Numbered from the stretch's first letter, positions 1 to 12,915 are shown. The stretch is 64,000 nt of DNA from Octopus sinensis (GCF_006345805.1 NC_042997.1:111662001-111726000), one strand, 5' to 3'. Notes: a model not told the origin generated them from the sequence alone. A program made the numbers and translations.

Positions 1-200
1 TGATATCATAGCTTTCTTCAGACTCAGAAAATATAGAATAAAAATGTTTTAAAAAGAAAAAAAATTCCCAAAGAACAGAGAAGCATTTACCATTTTAGCT
101 GATAGAAAATATGCTAGGATCCTTTTTAACTAAAAAGAAAAATGCAGATGAAAGTGGGGGAAAAAGAACAAAACATCTTGTAAGAGCTTAATTTTCAAAG

Positions 201-295
201 AAATCCGTATTGACAAGTGACGGTTTTTGCTGTCCAATCCGTTGGATTTATCTGGAGATTGTTCACCTGATAACGATAAGACACAGAATATTGCA
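201..295 (+). CDS. Candidate coding exon of an unidentified plus-strand gene (KSVLTSDGFCCPIRWIYLEIVHLITIRHRIL)
   Basis: Strong donor GCA|GTAAGT at 296, weak AAG acceptor at 200, open frame. It ends in phase 2, matching the start phase of the 3382 exon. Confidence 0.25.
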
Positions 296-703
296 GTAAG
301 TATATTATTGTTGTATCCAAACATAGATTGGAACTAACAGACTTTATATCAATCTGTAAATATTTCTCCACAGGAGATTACATCATCATCATCATCGGCA
401 TTGTCTTAACACTGATATTCCCTGCCTTAAGATCCTTCCTAATCTTATCTATGTGACTCAATCATTTAAGATATAACTTCACTTCATCATAAACTGTATT
501 TGTTCTGCCATTTTATCTCATTGTCTACCAGCAACTCACAGGATTTAGTCATTGTAAGCATTATAAATGTCCATTCTGTGCTAGCGCCACTTATAAAGCA
601 CCTGTGCTGGGGCAATGCATAAAGTGCTGATGTTGATGCTATGTATAAAGTGCAGGTGCTGGTGCCACATAGAGAGCGCTGGTTCAGGTAAAAAAAACAA
701 AAA

Positions 704-857
704 AACACCCAGTACACACTGTAAAGTGGTTGGCATTAAGGAGGGCATCCAGCTGTAGAAACTTTGTTAAAGCAGACAGTTGGAGCTTGGTGCCGCTCCT
801 GTAAAACTGTCCAACCCATTTCAACATGGAAAACAGACATCAAATGATGATGATGAT
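704..857 (+). mobile_element. RTE-type retroelement 3' tail (family A)
   Basis: GTGGTTGGCATTA..GGGCATCCAGCTGTAGAAA motif and CATGGAAAACAGAC..(GAT)n tail, shared with many copies in the window and with the RTE LINE end at 27001-27595. Confidence 0.8.
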
Positions 858-861
858 AATG

Positions 862-1580
862 TTCCAGGCTGGCATGGACAGTCTGAGAGGATCCAATGGG
901 CCTGAAAAATATATCATGGTTCAATGTCTGCTTTGGCATGGCTTCTATGGCTGGATGTCTTTCTGATGCCAACCACTTTACATAATACATTCGGTGTTTT
1001 TTCACCAGTACTCGTGAGGTCACCATGCACCTTGCAAGACTATAAACCCTGAGAGAAGCAAATTTTTGCTAGGAGAGGAGGGATCAAAGTATGAGGGAAA
1101 GGACCAGAACAACAGGAGTCTTGCTGTAGAGTGGCTATGTGACTATTCACATTTTGAAAGGGAGGAGGGTGGGAGTGACCAGGTGGAGCTAGGGAGGAAT
1201 AAGATTAGGTATAAGATGAGGAGAAATGAGTAAAGAAGGGGGTTGCAAGAGAATATGGGAGTGGGGGTGAGAGACGGGGAATGGCTAAGGGGAGAGGAGG
1301 TAGGTGTAAAGACTGAAGAGTAGATGTAATGAATGATGGGTAAGTGGTGAGGTAGGACCATTGATGCATGGATTGGGGGAGGTAGGGCAGAGTAGGAGAT
1401 GACTGACAGTATGGAGCAGCAGAATGATAATGATGATACAGTAGACAGGAGAAGTACAAAGGACAGATACTATATTTGGATAAGTTACAGGAGTGGGAGG
1501 GGGAGGAGAGAAAAAGGCAGGTATAGTACATGAGAACAGACATAAGATGGAGTAGGAGAAGAGATAATTTGATGACTCAA
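862..1580 (-). mobile_element. Family A tail with a long purine-rich (plus strand) upstream extension; degraded retroelement
   Basis: Reverse-strand family A tail at 862-1010, followed by degenerate GA-rich sequence. Confidence 0.5.
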
Positions 1581-2067
1581 TCAAAATTGATTTTTTTTTT
1601 GTCTATATTTAGTAATAATGACCAGTCAGCCATTTTGTTCCTGTAAAGACCATTTTTGTTTTTTCTTTCTTTTTTTTCAGATATATATTTCTAGAAAACA
1701 TCTGCTATTTATTACAAAATACAATTGGAAAGAAAAGAGTTACCATTATAGATCCCAGCATATCTCACTAATTCAATCTTTCTTATATTTGGTAAAACTC
1801 TCAAGAATTATTCTGTTCCTTTTGTATTAAATACAATTACAGTTTCATGAAGTCCCCCCCACACACACACACCTCTTGAGGTTTCCTAACACATTACTCA
1901 ACCAGATTCTATTACAACAGGAATGGCATAGAATCATTATCATCCAGAATTCCATGTTAAAATATTAAAAACAATAGGATATTGAATTCTGTAGCTGAAA
2001 ATATCAAGAATGTTGTTAAAAGGTTGAAAGATAAGTACCACTGGGAACAATGTCATTACAGATTTTA

Positions 2068-2099
<32 letters not shown>

Positions 2100-2644
2100 A
2101 TGGAAGGAAGAACATGCCTATATTAAGATACATTTCATTCAAATCTTAAAAGTTGAAGCTAATGCATTAGTTTAGCATATTTATTTGATACCATTGTTAC
2201 GTGACCAAAGATTTCTTGTTTAAGCTTTACCACTTTAAAACAGTGCCAAATATAGAATTTAAAAAGAAACAAAAGTGCTATTCGGTGAAAAATCAATAAG
2301 TATTGTTTGTGTCAGTCTCTGATGAACTAAAATTAATTTTTGGTCTGTGTGTGATGAGTTGTGATTTGAAACCAAATCCCTGGATACACAGTCAGATATC
2401 ACAGGCAAGCCACCATAGTTTCATGTGGTTGGTCCATTAACCAACTAATCAGTGTGAAGTGATAGCATGAACCCCTGTAAAAACCCATTTGGCATGGATT
2501 TTACCTGTCAGATGACCCAGGAAGGTGGTTAAGACAGATGGCACCATGAATATAGCACAATTCTTTCCAGTTATGTTGGGCAAGCTGCATATTACCATAT
2601 CAATAGCTTTGTCTAAACTCCAATCACTATGTTTCTCTCTCTCA

Positions 2645-3290
2645 ACATCATCATCATCGTTTAACGTCCGCTTTCCATGCTGGCATGGGTTGGACGGTTT
2701 GACTGAGGACTGGTGAGCCAGAAGGCTGCATGAGGCTCAATCTGATCTGGCAAAGTTTCTACAGCTGGATGCCCTTCCTAATGCCAACCATTCTGAGAGT
2801 GTAGTCGGTGCTTTTATGTAACACCAGCACAAGGGTCAGTCAGGCAATTTTGGCAACGACCACGCTTAAAAAGTGTTTTTACATACTACCTGCACGTGAG
2901 CCAGTCTGGCAGCATTGGCATCTACCACGCTTGAATGTTGTTTCTCATGTGCCGGTAAGGTGATGCTGGCAACAATCACACTTGAATGGTAATTTTCATG
3001 AGTCACCAGCTCGGGAGCCAATCTGTGGCCCTGGCAACAATCAAGTTCGGATGTGCTTTTAACGTTCCACTGGCACGAGTGCCAATCAGGCGGTACTGTC
3101 ATCAGCCATGCCAGCGATTTTGATTTTGATTTCACTTGCCTCAATGTCTTCACAAGCAAGGTTTATTGTCCAATGAATGAGGGGTATTCATAGTGTGCTG
3201 GTTACACCCACTGGCATAGGCCATGGGCTATGGTCTCACTCGGCTTGATGGGTCTTCTCAAGCACAGCATATCTCCAACGGTCTTGGTCC
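2645..3290 (-). mobile_element. RTE LINE 3' UTR fragment with internal tandem ~57-nt units
   Basis: (CAT)n tail, family A core, several GTGCC.GTGGCAC-type units, and a distal part homologous to 27160-27400. Confidence 0.8.
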
Positions 3291-3381
3291 CTGTATATAA
3301 TTATTGCTGTTGTTAATTGTAAAAGACCTAGACAGTTAAACACTGTGCGCAATGATAAAATCTTCTGTTAATTATTCACAG

Positions 3382-3529
3382 ATATCGTCAGTTCTTTCTT
3401 CAGGCAGACCAAGGAACACATTTTCATTCATCAATTCAACCTGTCTCCACCATAAACCAGACCAACAACCTACAAACCATGACAAGTTTAACATGGGACA
3501 ACCTGTTATACATCTGTGAACAGATGCAG
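3382..3529 (+). CDS. Candidate coding exon (YRQFFLQADQGTHFHSSIQPVSTINQTNNLQTMTSLTWDNLLYICEQMQ), product unknown
   Basis: Acceptor TTATTCACAG| and donor CAG|GTAATG. The 148 nt are 1 + 49 open codons of non-repeat sequence. Confidence 0.45.
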
Positions 3530-4800
3530 GTAATGGTCAAAATGAAGGCTTCAGATAAACTGACTAATAAAACAATTCAAAACTCTCCAACCATTCCACT
3601 ATGGGTCAGATGGAGTTTATTGAGGCAGATTTTCTATGGCTTGATGCCCTCCCTCTCACTCATCCTACCCACCACCTCACACTTGTTTTTCAAAATATCT
3701 TCCATTCTACTGGTTCAGTGAACAATGCAGTTTTGCTGATCTATTTTTCATTACTGACTTGTTTCAGTCACTGAACAGTTGCCATGCTGGAGCACCACCT
3801 TGAAGGACTTTAGTTGAAAAAAATTAACCCAATACTGTTTTTTGTTTTGTTTTGAGGCTTGGTACTGTCTTTTAAGCCAAACTGCCATGTAGCAGGGACA
3901 TAAACAAACCAATACTGGTTGTCATGAGGTGGTGGGAGATAAACAAAGAAACACACACACCATCATTATGATCGTTTAATGTCTATTTTCCATGATGGCA
4001 AGAGAGAAGACTGCAGCAAGTTCTGCTGTCTGCTTTGGCATGATTTCTACAGTTGGATGTTCTTCCGAATACCAAATAATTACATGTGCCTGTAGAGGGA
4101 CATGAATCTGTGACCCTCGGATACCATAAATTCATAAAAAGTCTGATGCTCTGCTGATTGAGGTATATATATACATATCTGTGATATGTGTGTGTGTGTA
4201 TATATATAAGCAGAAAAGTAACAGTTCTTTGCTTCATATAACAAAAACTGCCATACCAACAATCCAACATGCCTCCATCATCAGCTGCCCCACGGCTATC
4301 ATTATGGTTTCGACACCAGGGCAGTACCATTCAGTCTGGCAATGTCAACAGCACTAAAATAAGTGTTGTTTGGGAACAAACAAACCAAAGAAACCACAAC
4401 TTTCAAACACATTTACCCTATGTAGAACCGAATCGGTAAATAAATTCAGTAAGTAAATTCTATAACCAACTCTTTAATACGTAACTAAACAATAACCAAT
4501 CCTTTAAGTCTTCCATAGTATAATATAGAAGTGAAAGCTTAATAACCACATTCATTCAATCTAAATACAGGCAGGATTAAACAGTATCTTTAAAATTATA
4601 ATACATACATATGTATTGACTCTGTAACTTGCTCTAGCATGATACTATCCAGTTCCTCTTCACCTTAATCTCTCAACTGGTACAAATCCACCACCCACCT
4701 CAATACTATTCCCCCACCTCCAGCCAAGGAATTTTGTTTTGCAAGTTGTTTGGGGTCCCTGTTGGAGCTGGTACCACATAAACAGCACCCAGCACATACT

Positions 4801-5030
4801 TTAACCCTTTCATTACTGTATTTCTGTTGAGATGCTCTGTGTTTCTTTCAATTAATTTTAAATATAACAAAGAATTTAGTAAAATAACTTAGTTATCATT
4901 AAGCTAGTGTTAGGAACATAAATTGTGACTAAGGTTTGGTGGAAGATTTTATTTCAAAACTTATGAAAACAAAACATTTGTACCACAGAGCCAGAGGCAG
5001 TTACAGCCAGGTTGGTATTGAAAAGGTTAA
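4801..5030. mobile_element. piggyBac-type MITE (~230 bp)
   Basis: TTAA at both ends and imperfect TIRs TTAACCCTTTCATTAC / GTATTGAAAAGGTTAA; homologous to 5054-5281 and 32895-33124. Confidence 0.7.
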
Positions 5031-5053
5031 GAATTGTTTCACTATTGTATATC

Positions 5054-5281
5054 TTAACCCTTTTGTTACTGTATTTATTTTGAGATGTTCTGTATTTCTT
5101 TCAATTACTTTAAATATAACAAAGAATTTAGTAAAATAACTTAATTATCATTAAGCTGGTGTTAGGAACATAAATTGTGACTAAGGTTTGGTGGAAGATT
5201 TTAATTCAGAACTTATGAAAACATAACATTTGTACCGGGAGCCAGAGCTAGTTTCAGCTGGATTGGTAATGAAAGGGTTAA
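5054..5281. mobile_element. piggyBac-type MITE, second adjacent copy
   Basis: TTAACCCTTTTGTTAC ... GGTAATGAAAGGGTTAA, with the same internal sequence as 4801-5030. Confidence 0.75.
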
Positions 5282-5601
5282 CATGGTTGACAATAGGAAA
5301 GGCATCCAACTGTAGAATCCATGCCAAATCAGATAACTGGAGGTGGTGTGACAAACACACAAAATGGGCTTCCACTGTTTCTGTCAATCAAATTCAGTGG
5401 CAAGCCTTTGGTTGACCCAAGGCTGTATCAGATGACACTTGCTCAAGGTGCAGCACTGTGGGACTGAACTTGAAACCATGTAGCTGTAAAGCAAGTTATT
5501 TAATCACGCAGCCACACCTAAGAATTAAATTTCAGTGATGGGAGAGGGGGGAGGAGAGAAGTAAACTTTAAAGAGATGGAAAGAGAGAGTAACAGGAGAA
5601 A

Positions 5602-5632
<31 letters not shown>

Positions 5633-6307
5633 AATAAAGAGAGAATAAAGGAGAGGGAGAGAGGAGAAAGAGAGGATGGTATGTTTCATGTGTTAGGATT
5701 AATCTGGGGAATTCAATCAGAATGATTCAATAGATTCGACTTGTTCCCATTGTACAGCTAGAATCATAGATAACCATTCCATTGAATGGAATATGGTGCT
5801 CTCCAAGAAATATAGTTCAGCCCTTGAAGACCTGCTCCAAGAATACAATCTTGTACAGTCTGAAAGAAAGAAATGGAATTCTTTTTTTCCTTTCTTCTTT
5901 TTTTTCTAATTACGGATGACTATAATGGAAATTCACAAAGGAAATCATCTCCAAGAATGGATCTTCGAAAAATAAGGGAAAAGATAAAAGTGTAAAAGAA
6001 GAATATAGGTTAATATCCTAAGATATAATGGCCTGGCATTTACCAAAAAGTAAAAAAAAAAAAAGAGAAAAACATGCAGAGAGAATAAAAACAACATTTA
6101 TTCGATAATTGAATAACAATGAAATTCTGGTGTAATTCTAGAGGCTTCCCTGAAAAATTTTGGCCGGTAAACTTTAAAATAATTGGCAACATTCAACATC
6201 AAACTGATTCGATTTACCAATTTCTACAGAAAAAACAAAAAAAAAGTTCTTTCATTCTTGAGTGTGTATAATACAATACATGGAAGTAGAGATTCTCTGA
6301 ATGGTTT

Positions 6308-6311
<4 letters not shown>

Positions 6312-6352
<41 letters not shown>
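6312..6352. repeat. (TG)n microsatellite
   Basis: Direct reading. Confidence 0.95.
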
Positions 6353-6356
<4 letters not shown>

Positions 6357-7177
6357 AAAATTAAAATGTATATTTTATTTTTGAAGAATAAGCAGAAAAA
6401 TAACAGTTCTTTGCTTCATAAAACCTGAAATCTTGAATGGACACTTTCTGCAATGGCGTAATTATTGTAAGAACAAGAATTTCCCCTGAACCAGGAAACT
6501 AAGAAAAATTACAGATTTATATTTGCTGTTGTTGTTGATGCTGCTGCTGAAGAAATTTTTTATACAGATAGTTTTGTTTCTTTGTTTTGTCTTATGTTTT
6601 TAAAAGAAAGAAAGAAAAAACAACCCATCTGACTTTGTTAGGATGTTGGAAGGATCCTTTCTCAAAGGTGTCTGTATCTACTAACTTGCAATGGTAGGAC
6701 TTTCAGGAAGAATGGATTTTTAAAAATAAATGTAACCTTTTAAGACTATGGTCTTAGAGGGGCCAAGGCCACCTCACTGGTGCTTTAGTCAAATACTCTG
6801 TAAAGTGGTTGATAAACAAGTAAAAATGACACAGAGCTGAGAGGACCTTTTAGTTTTTGTCCTGTCAAGGACATGATAACCTCTCTGGGGCATAGTAAAA
6901 TGTCTCCAGCAGACTTTGTAAAGTGGTTGGTGATAGGAAGGGGATTCAGTGACAGAACCCAAACCAAAGATGAGAAATGGTTGCCCACTTCATTTAGGAG
7001 GACTTTAGTCTCACAAGGGAGTTAACTGAGACAATGACTCATCCAACTTATGCCAGTATGGAAAGTAAGACCTCAACAATAACAACAAAGTATTTTTGAA
7101 AGAAAGCAAAACACAAAATGGCTGTGATGATGAAGAATGAATCACAAACTGTTCTTGTAATTAACAAAGATGTAACA

Positions 7178-7509
7178 TTATTTACATTTGACGGATATTT
7201 GTCCTCATCTTGTTTGCTGTTAATACATTTCAGCTGATATACCCTCCAGCCTTCATCAGGTGTCTTGGGGAAATTTCAAACCTGGGTTCTCATTCCTAAG
7301 GTATTTTTCGATATCATTATTCAGGTCACTGCCTGGAATCGAACTCGGAATCTTGGGGTTAGTAGCCTGTGTTCTTAACCACTATGCCATATGCCCAAGA
7401 CACCTGATGAAGGCTGGAGGGTATTACCAGCCGAAATGTGTTAACAAACAAGATGAGGACAAATATCCATCAAATGTAAATAATTCCTCATCTCTTAAAT
7501 ATAGTAATG
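7178..7509 (-). mobile_element. tRNA-headed non-autonomous retroelement with a Penelope-like hammerhead tail and an inverted 5' copy of the tail
   Basis: Minus-strand A box TGGCATAGTGG and B box GAGTTCGATTCC (7396-7322); ~90-bp inverted arms 7177-7269 and 7394-7484; 12-bp TSD AAAGATGTAACA at 7166-7177 and 7510-7521. Confidence 0.8.
7399..7442 (+). ncRNA. Minimal type I hammerhead ribozyme motif (stem III and cleavage triplet collapsed)
   Basis: GACAC-CTGATGA-A-GGCTGG-loop-CCAGCC-GAAA-T-GTGTT. Stems I and II pair, but there is no NUH triplet. A mirror copy lies at 7222-7264 on the minus strand. Confidence 0.65.
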
Positions 7510-9884
7510 AAAGATGTAACAAGTTTCTATTTAGTTTAACCCTTTAACATTTAAACTAGCCACATCGGAACCCAAATATTCTATTCATTGGCCAGGTTCA
7601 ACCTCTCACACCTACCTTACAATGTTCATCGTTTAACGTCCGCTTTCCATGCTAGCATGGGTTGGACGATTTTGACTGAGGGCTGGCGAACCAGATGGCT
7701 GCACCAGGCTCCAATCTTGATCTGGCAGAGTTTCTACAGCTGGATGCCCTTCCTAATGCCAACCACTCCGAGAGTGTAGTGGGTGCTTTTTACATGTCAC
7801 CAGCAGAGGTGCCAGTAAGGCGACGCTGGTAATGATCATTGTAAAAGTGACATCATTGAATTATCAAAGCTATGAGATAATGCAGGATTGGTTCAAACTA
7901 ATTGGAATAAATAAGCATTATGATTGACAAAGTAATCTGAACGCCAAAGTGTTAAGAGTCAGCATCTTATAGGGCTATGGATAATGTCCTTAACTTTGGG
8001 ATGCTAACCAAAGATAAAGATTGTGCTTACAGTCCACCATCATTGCCTTAGTAAGAAGACAAACAAGTTTTTCACAATATTCTGATCTAAAATGCACAAC
8101 CTTTTCATTCCAAAGACCCTATGACTGACCATTTAGGATAAAGGGCTCAAAGCGAATAAACATTTAATCCATAAAATATCTTTCTTCCTTTGTTTTAACC
8201 ATTGGATTGCAGTCACGCTGGAGCACTGCCTTGAAGGATCTAGCTGAACAAATTAACCTTAATATGTATTAAGTCTTGAACTTATTCAATCGGTCACTTT
8301 TTGCCAAACAGCTAGGTTATGGTGATGTAAACAAACCAAAACCCATTGCCACGCAATGGGAGGTATACACACACACACACACAGGACTGACTTCTTCACA
8401 GTTTCTGTCTAGCAAAATATATTTTGTTTTACCTGTGGCTCTAACCCACCTTTCATTGTCCCTGGTTGTATGATGCAAAAGATTTAATTTTGAAACCTTA
8501 ACTTTAAAATGAAAACATTATTTTAAAAATTATGTTACACATACCTTCTATACCATTTTAATACCAACCAACCTTTGATGACCCCTGATTAAAATAGTAC
8601 AATAAAACCCCCTGTCCTTTTGATATCTGCCTACCTCAGACGGGTTCTACATTGTAAACTTTTTGTTTCAAAGTAATCTAAATTAAAATCTATCAAAATT
8701 CTATGTTATGTCCCAAACAGCAGCTCAATAATGACGAAGTGATTTCCAAAATTTTTCATTATTTTCAAAATAAATTGAAACAAAAGAGTTAAAAAAAGAT
8801 CTAAATCAAAACCTCTCACCAAATTTTCACAATTTATGTTCCAAACACCACATCATCATCATCGTTTAACGTCCATTTTCCATGCTAGCATGGGTTGGAC
8901 GATTCGACGGTTCAACCAGGGTCTGGGAAACCAGGAGGCTGCACCAGGCTCCAGTCTGATCTGGCAGTGATTCTACAGCTTGATGCCCTTCCTAACACCA
9001 ACCACTCCATGAGTGTAGTGGGTGCTTTTTACGTGCCACCGGCACAGGTGCCAAGGGAGGCTGGCAACGGTCACGATTGGTTGGTGCTTTTACATGCCAC
9101 CGGCACAGAAGCCAGTCAAGGCGGCACTGGCATTGGCCACGTTTGGATGGTGCATTTTACGTGCCACCGTCACAGGTATCACAACTACAATTTCCATCAG
9201 CTCAATAAATTCTTTGATATTTTCAAAATTAACTGAGACAAAGGCAGCGTATTTCAACAGAAATATTAGTAACGAAAGAGTTGAAGTGATTTGTCCTGAA
9301 ATACAATTGGATGTGGTTTGAACTCTTTACCTACTCGTCTACTTCAGCTAAATAACACGATGAATTACATAATGAATTAGATGTCAGTAAATAATTTTAA
9401 CAGAACAAGTCAATTTTACTCTAATTTCAAACCCCGCTTTTTTTTTTTAATTTCATCATTATTTCATTTCTGAAAAAAAAATTATATTGTCTAATTGTGT
9501 AGCTGTAATTAATAAATATGGCCATCACCAATGTCTTTTTTGCAATGTCCATCTATTAACACGTGGACTCAGACATCTTAATCCTTAATGCAATGTCCAG
9601 CAATGTCCAGCATATAATAATTAAAAACTGGGACTTTATCGACCCTAGAAGGATGAAAGGTAAAGTCCGCTTTGGCAGGAATTGAACTCAGACTATAAAG
9701 AGCCAGAACAAATATCACAAGGCCTTTTATCAGATGCTTCAATGCTTCTACGGATTCATTGCTATTTATATAGTTATTACAAAGGATTATTTTAATGGTT
9801 GTTGAAATTCTAATTCAAATAAAATCAGTTTTCGGCTGAAGAATTCTAATAACCAGAAATAGTTTTAAAATTGCGAATCAACTA

Positions 9885-10620
9885 ATTTCATGTAATGATC
9901 TGTTATACAATGAATTTACAGAACCTCGTTAGGGTAATCAAATAATTTTCTCTAATGATCAGTTATAACAATTTATAAAGCCTCAGAGTAATCAACAAAT
10001 TCTATGTAGAGTTGCTGGTGTGGCTGTGTGATTGAGAAGCCTGCTTCCCAACCAAGCAGTTTTGAGTTCAGTTCCACAGTGCAGTACCTTGGGCAAGTAT
10101 TTTCTGCTACAGTTCTGGACTGACCAAAGTTTTCTGAGAGGATTTGGTAGATGGAAACTGAAAGAAACCTGCGGTGTGTGTGTGGTGTGTTTGTGTGTGC
10201 ATGTTGTGTGTATGTGTGTTGTGTGTGTATGTGTGTATGTGTGTGTATGTGTGTGTGTCTCTCCTTGTCTTAACATCATATGTTAGTTGTAACCGAGTGC
10301 CACTGTCGTACAAGCAGTGCCATTCGTTTCCAATATTCTATGCAAAGATGTCAGGTTATGAGGAAACATTACCTCACTCGGAAACAGGTGAGGGTTGGTG
10401 ATAGGAAGAGCATCCAGCCATGGGAAATCTGCCTCAAACTCCATCCAACTCATAAGCATGGAGAAGTGGGCATTAAAACAATGATGATGATGATGGTGGT
10501 CTGTTAGTTATAATCACAAATTTACAAAACCACGTTAAGAGTAATCAACAAATTTTATGTAATGATCTGTTGATAATACAATCAAACTTACAAGACCTTG
10601 TTAAAGCAATAACGAAATAC
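9885..10620. repeat. Degenerate ~60-bp tandem repeat interrupted by a SINE
   Basis: Recurring GTAATGATCTGTT.ATA..AAT..TTTACA.AACC..GTTA.GAGTAATCAA units on both sides of the 10010-10500 SINE. Confidence 0.55.
10010..10500 (+). mobile_element. tRNA-derived SINE with central (TG)n and RTE-type (GAT)n tail
   Basis: Head GGCTGTGTGATTGAGAAG..GAGTTCAGTTCC, GGAAACTGAAAGAA box, (TG)n and RTE-type tail; similar to 47330-47680. Confidence 0.75.
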
Positions 10621-11249
10621 GAGAAAAGCTGTGTCCCCTTGTCAGTCTCATTAACAATAACTTATGAAAAACACACTTTCCCCCTCTCTGCCTTTCCTCA
10701 TTTCCTAATTATTGGAATTATTTCACTGTAAACAAGTTACTTCCAAACTAATAAACCAATTCCTATTTTTGTCCACCAAGATTTATTATGTGGTGTAAAG
10801 AAATTTGTAACAAGAATAATCTATTTCTATAGTGAAGAATACAAATCGCCAGGGGTCTATATTGGAATTCCAGACGTGGTTCTTGAGATTGTGTTTTTTT
10901 TAATTTTTAATCTTTTAACGAGGACGACAACATCAGTTTGTTTAGGACCAACCATGCTTTGGCTGTCCAAGTTTTGACATCCCTTTCAGTTGAGGCATCT
11001 CAGAACTGAGGTGTGTGAAATCAATTGAGAGGATCTCCATGGATGAGTACCACATTCTGTGCAGCTAATTATAGATTATATAGTAATTGGGGGGACGTGG
11101 GTGTCTGGTATTGTGTGATGGCTAAATCAACAGCATAATCTACAGTTATTTTTGAGCTGGATGTCAAACTGATGCTTTTGTGATTGTGAATCTAAGGCTG
11201 TTTAGATAAGAACATAATGGAGAATGATCAGAAAGAGAAAAAGGTGCCC

Positions 11250-11463
11250 ATGTGTCCCCCTGGAGTACTCCAGCTTTGATGTCAAAGAAACATGTATCTC
11301 CATCTGGCTGTACTCAAGCAGGTTGTCCAAACACAACTTATGAAGATCAACTCACCAGAAACACTGGATGCCTCCTCAAAGGCCTCCCTCAATTAATGCA
11401 AGACCGAGTTGGATGGTGTGTGTGGGTTAAAAATATCTGAGCAAGCTCAGCCAGATGATGATG
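11250..11463 (+). mobile_element. RTE-clade LINE 3' end relic
   Basis: Translation ..PNTTYEDQLTRNTGCLLKGLPQLMQDRVGWCVWVKNI* resembles RTE C-termini (RP..TY..QL..DTG...EDL...M.DR..W...V). A (GAT)n tail follows. Confidence 0.7.
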
Positions 11464-12594
11464 GTGAATCAGGAGGAAAGCAGAGACCGTAACCTGCTCA
11501 AGGTCTCCAAGGCAGGTTGGTGGGAAGGAGGAAGGCATCTTCAAACTGGAAGCCTGACCAGAATACTTACTAAAGAGCAGACTCTGTTGAAGTCACTCAG
11601 GTGGAGGTGGTAAACTGGACAATGGATTAAATTTTTGTTAGTTACCAATGCTAGGTGAAGGATTATTTGTTTAGATATACAGATAAAAATCTACTTAACT
11701 TTAAGTATTATTGAAAATTAAAAAGAAAAAAAATATAAGACATACAATTTCAAGTCCAGTTATATATTTTTTATTTATTAGACTCTCTTGTTACCATATC
11801 TCATTTAAAATACACTGCTTTCCATCGTCTTTTAACATCCGTTCTCCATGCTGGCATGGGTTGGAGGGTTTGACAGAAGCGGGTTAGGCCAGGGGCCATA
11901 TCAGGATCCATAGTCTGTTTTGGTATGGTTTCTATTGCTGGATGCCCTTCCTAACACTAACCACTTTATAGAATGTACTGGGTACTTTTTTATATGGGAC
12001 CAGCGCTTTTTACGTGGGACCAGTGAAAATAACTCATTATTAAGCTATCATTTAGAACCTAAATTAACACGAAAATTTGAGGGGAAATTTTAACTCAAAT
12101 CACTTTAAAATGATTATAATTATATAATAATGGGCACAGGTATGGCTGTATGGTAAGAAGCTTGCTTCCCAACCACATGGTTCCAGGTTCAGTCTCACTG
12201 CATGACACACCAACACAGAAATTAGTCCCCTCCCCCCAATTTATTATATTAGATTTAGATTACTAGAGCAATTTTGGAGTTAAAGCACCAAGTCAGGAAG
12301 GCAGATATGAAACAAAACATTGTTCCAAGAGCAGATTCTCAGAATTCATTTATTTATGGCTTTCATTGAAACTCACCACCACCACCACAAGCATAAACAT
12401 GACAGCAGATAAAGTCCAATAAGAGTTGTCATGTGTCACTAGAAAACAAAAACAAAAAACAAAGCCACTTTTCTCAGGTGAGAAACAAGGATGCAATCAT
12501 AAAAAAAAATAATAAACAGGTAATAAACTAAATCTTTAACATTAATTTTGTTATTTTTTGGCGGGGATATTCGTTTGTCATGTTCCTTTAATTC

Positions 12595-12915
12595 ATTAAA
12601 ACACAGTCATTAGACTATGGCCATGCTGGAGCACCAACTTGAAGAAGTTTTAGCTGAATGAATCAATCCCAGTACCTTTTTTTTTTTTTAGCCTCGTACT
12701 TATTCTATTGGTCTCTTTTGTTGAACCACTAAGTTATGGGGACAAAAACACACCAACACTGGTTGTCAAGTGAAGGTGGTGGACAAACAAGACACACACA
12801 TACGTGAGCTTCTTTCAGTTTCATTTTACCAAATCCACCCAAGGTGCCATGCAGTGGGACTGAACCCAAAACTTGTGTGGTTGGGAAGCAAACTTCTTAC
12901 CACACAGCCATGCTT
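12595..12915 (-). mobile_element. tRNA-derived SINE (family B, OK-like)
   Basis: Reverse head ..GTTTGCTTCCCAACCACAC..GGGTTCAGTCCC and 3' CAGCATGGCC..AGTC..ATGACTG end. Confidence 0.75.

Noticed and set aside
2820-3110. CRISPR-like repeat/spacer appearance of family A units
   Set aside because: The sequence is eukaryotic, the units are whole tandem repeats without unique spacers, and there are no cas genes.
5703-5910. Open plus-strand stretch (RIIDNHSIEWNMVLSKKYSSALEDLLQEY..)
   Set aside because: It looks protein-like, but has no convincing donor and ends in a poly-F stretch. It cannot be supported without a search.
7322-7396. Possible functional tRNA gene
   Set aside because: A/B boxes are present, but the acceptor stem does not close convincingly and it sits inside a TSD-flanked repeated element.
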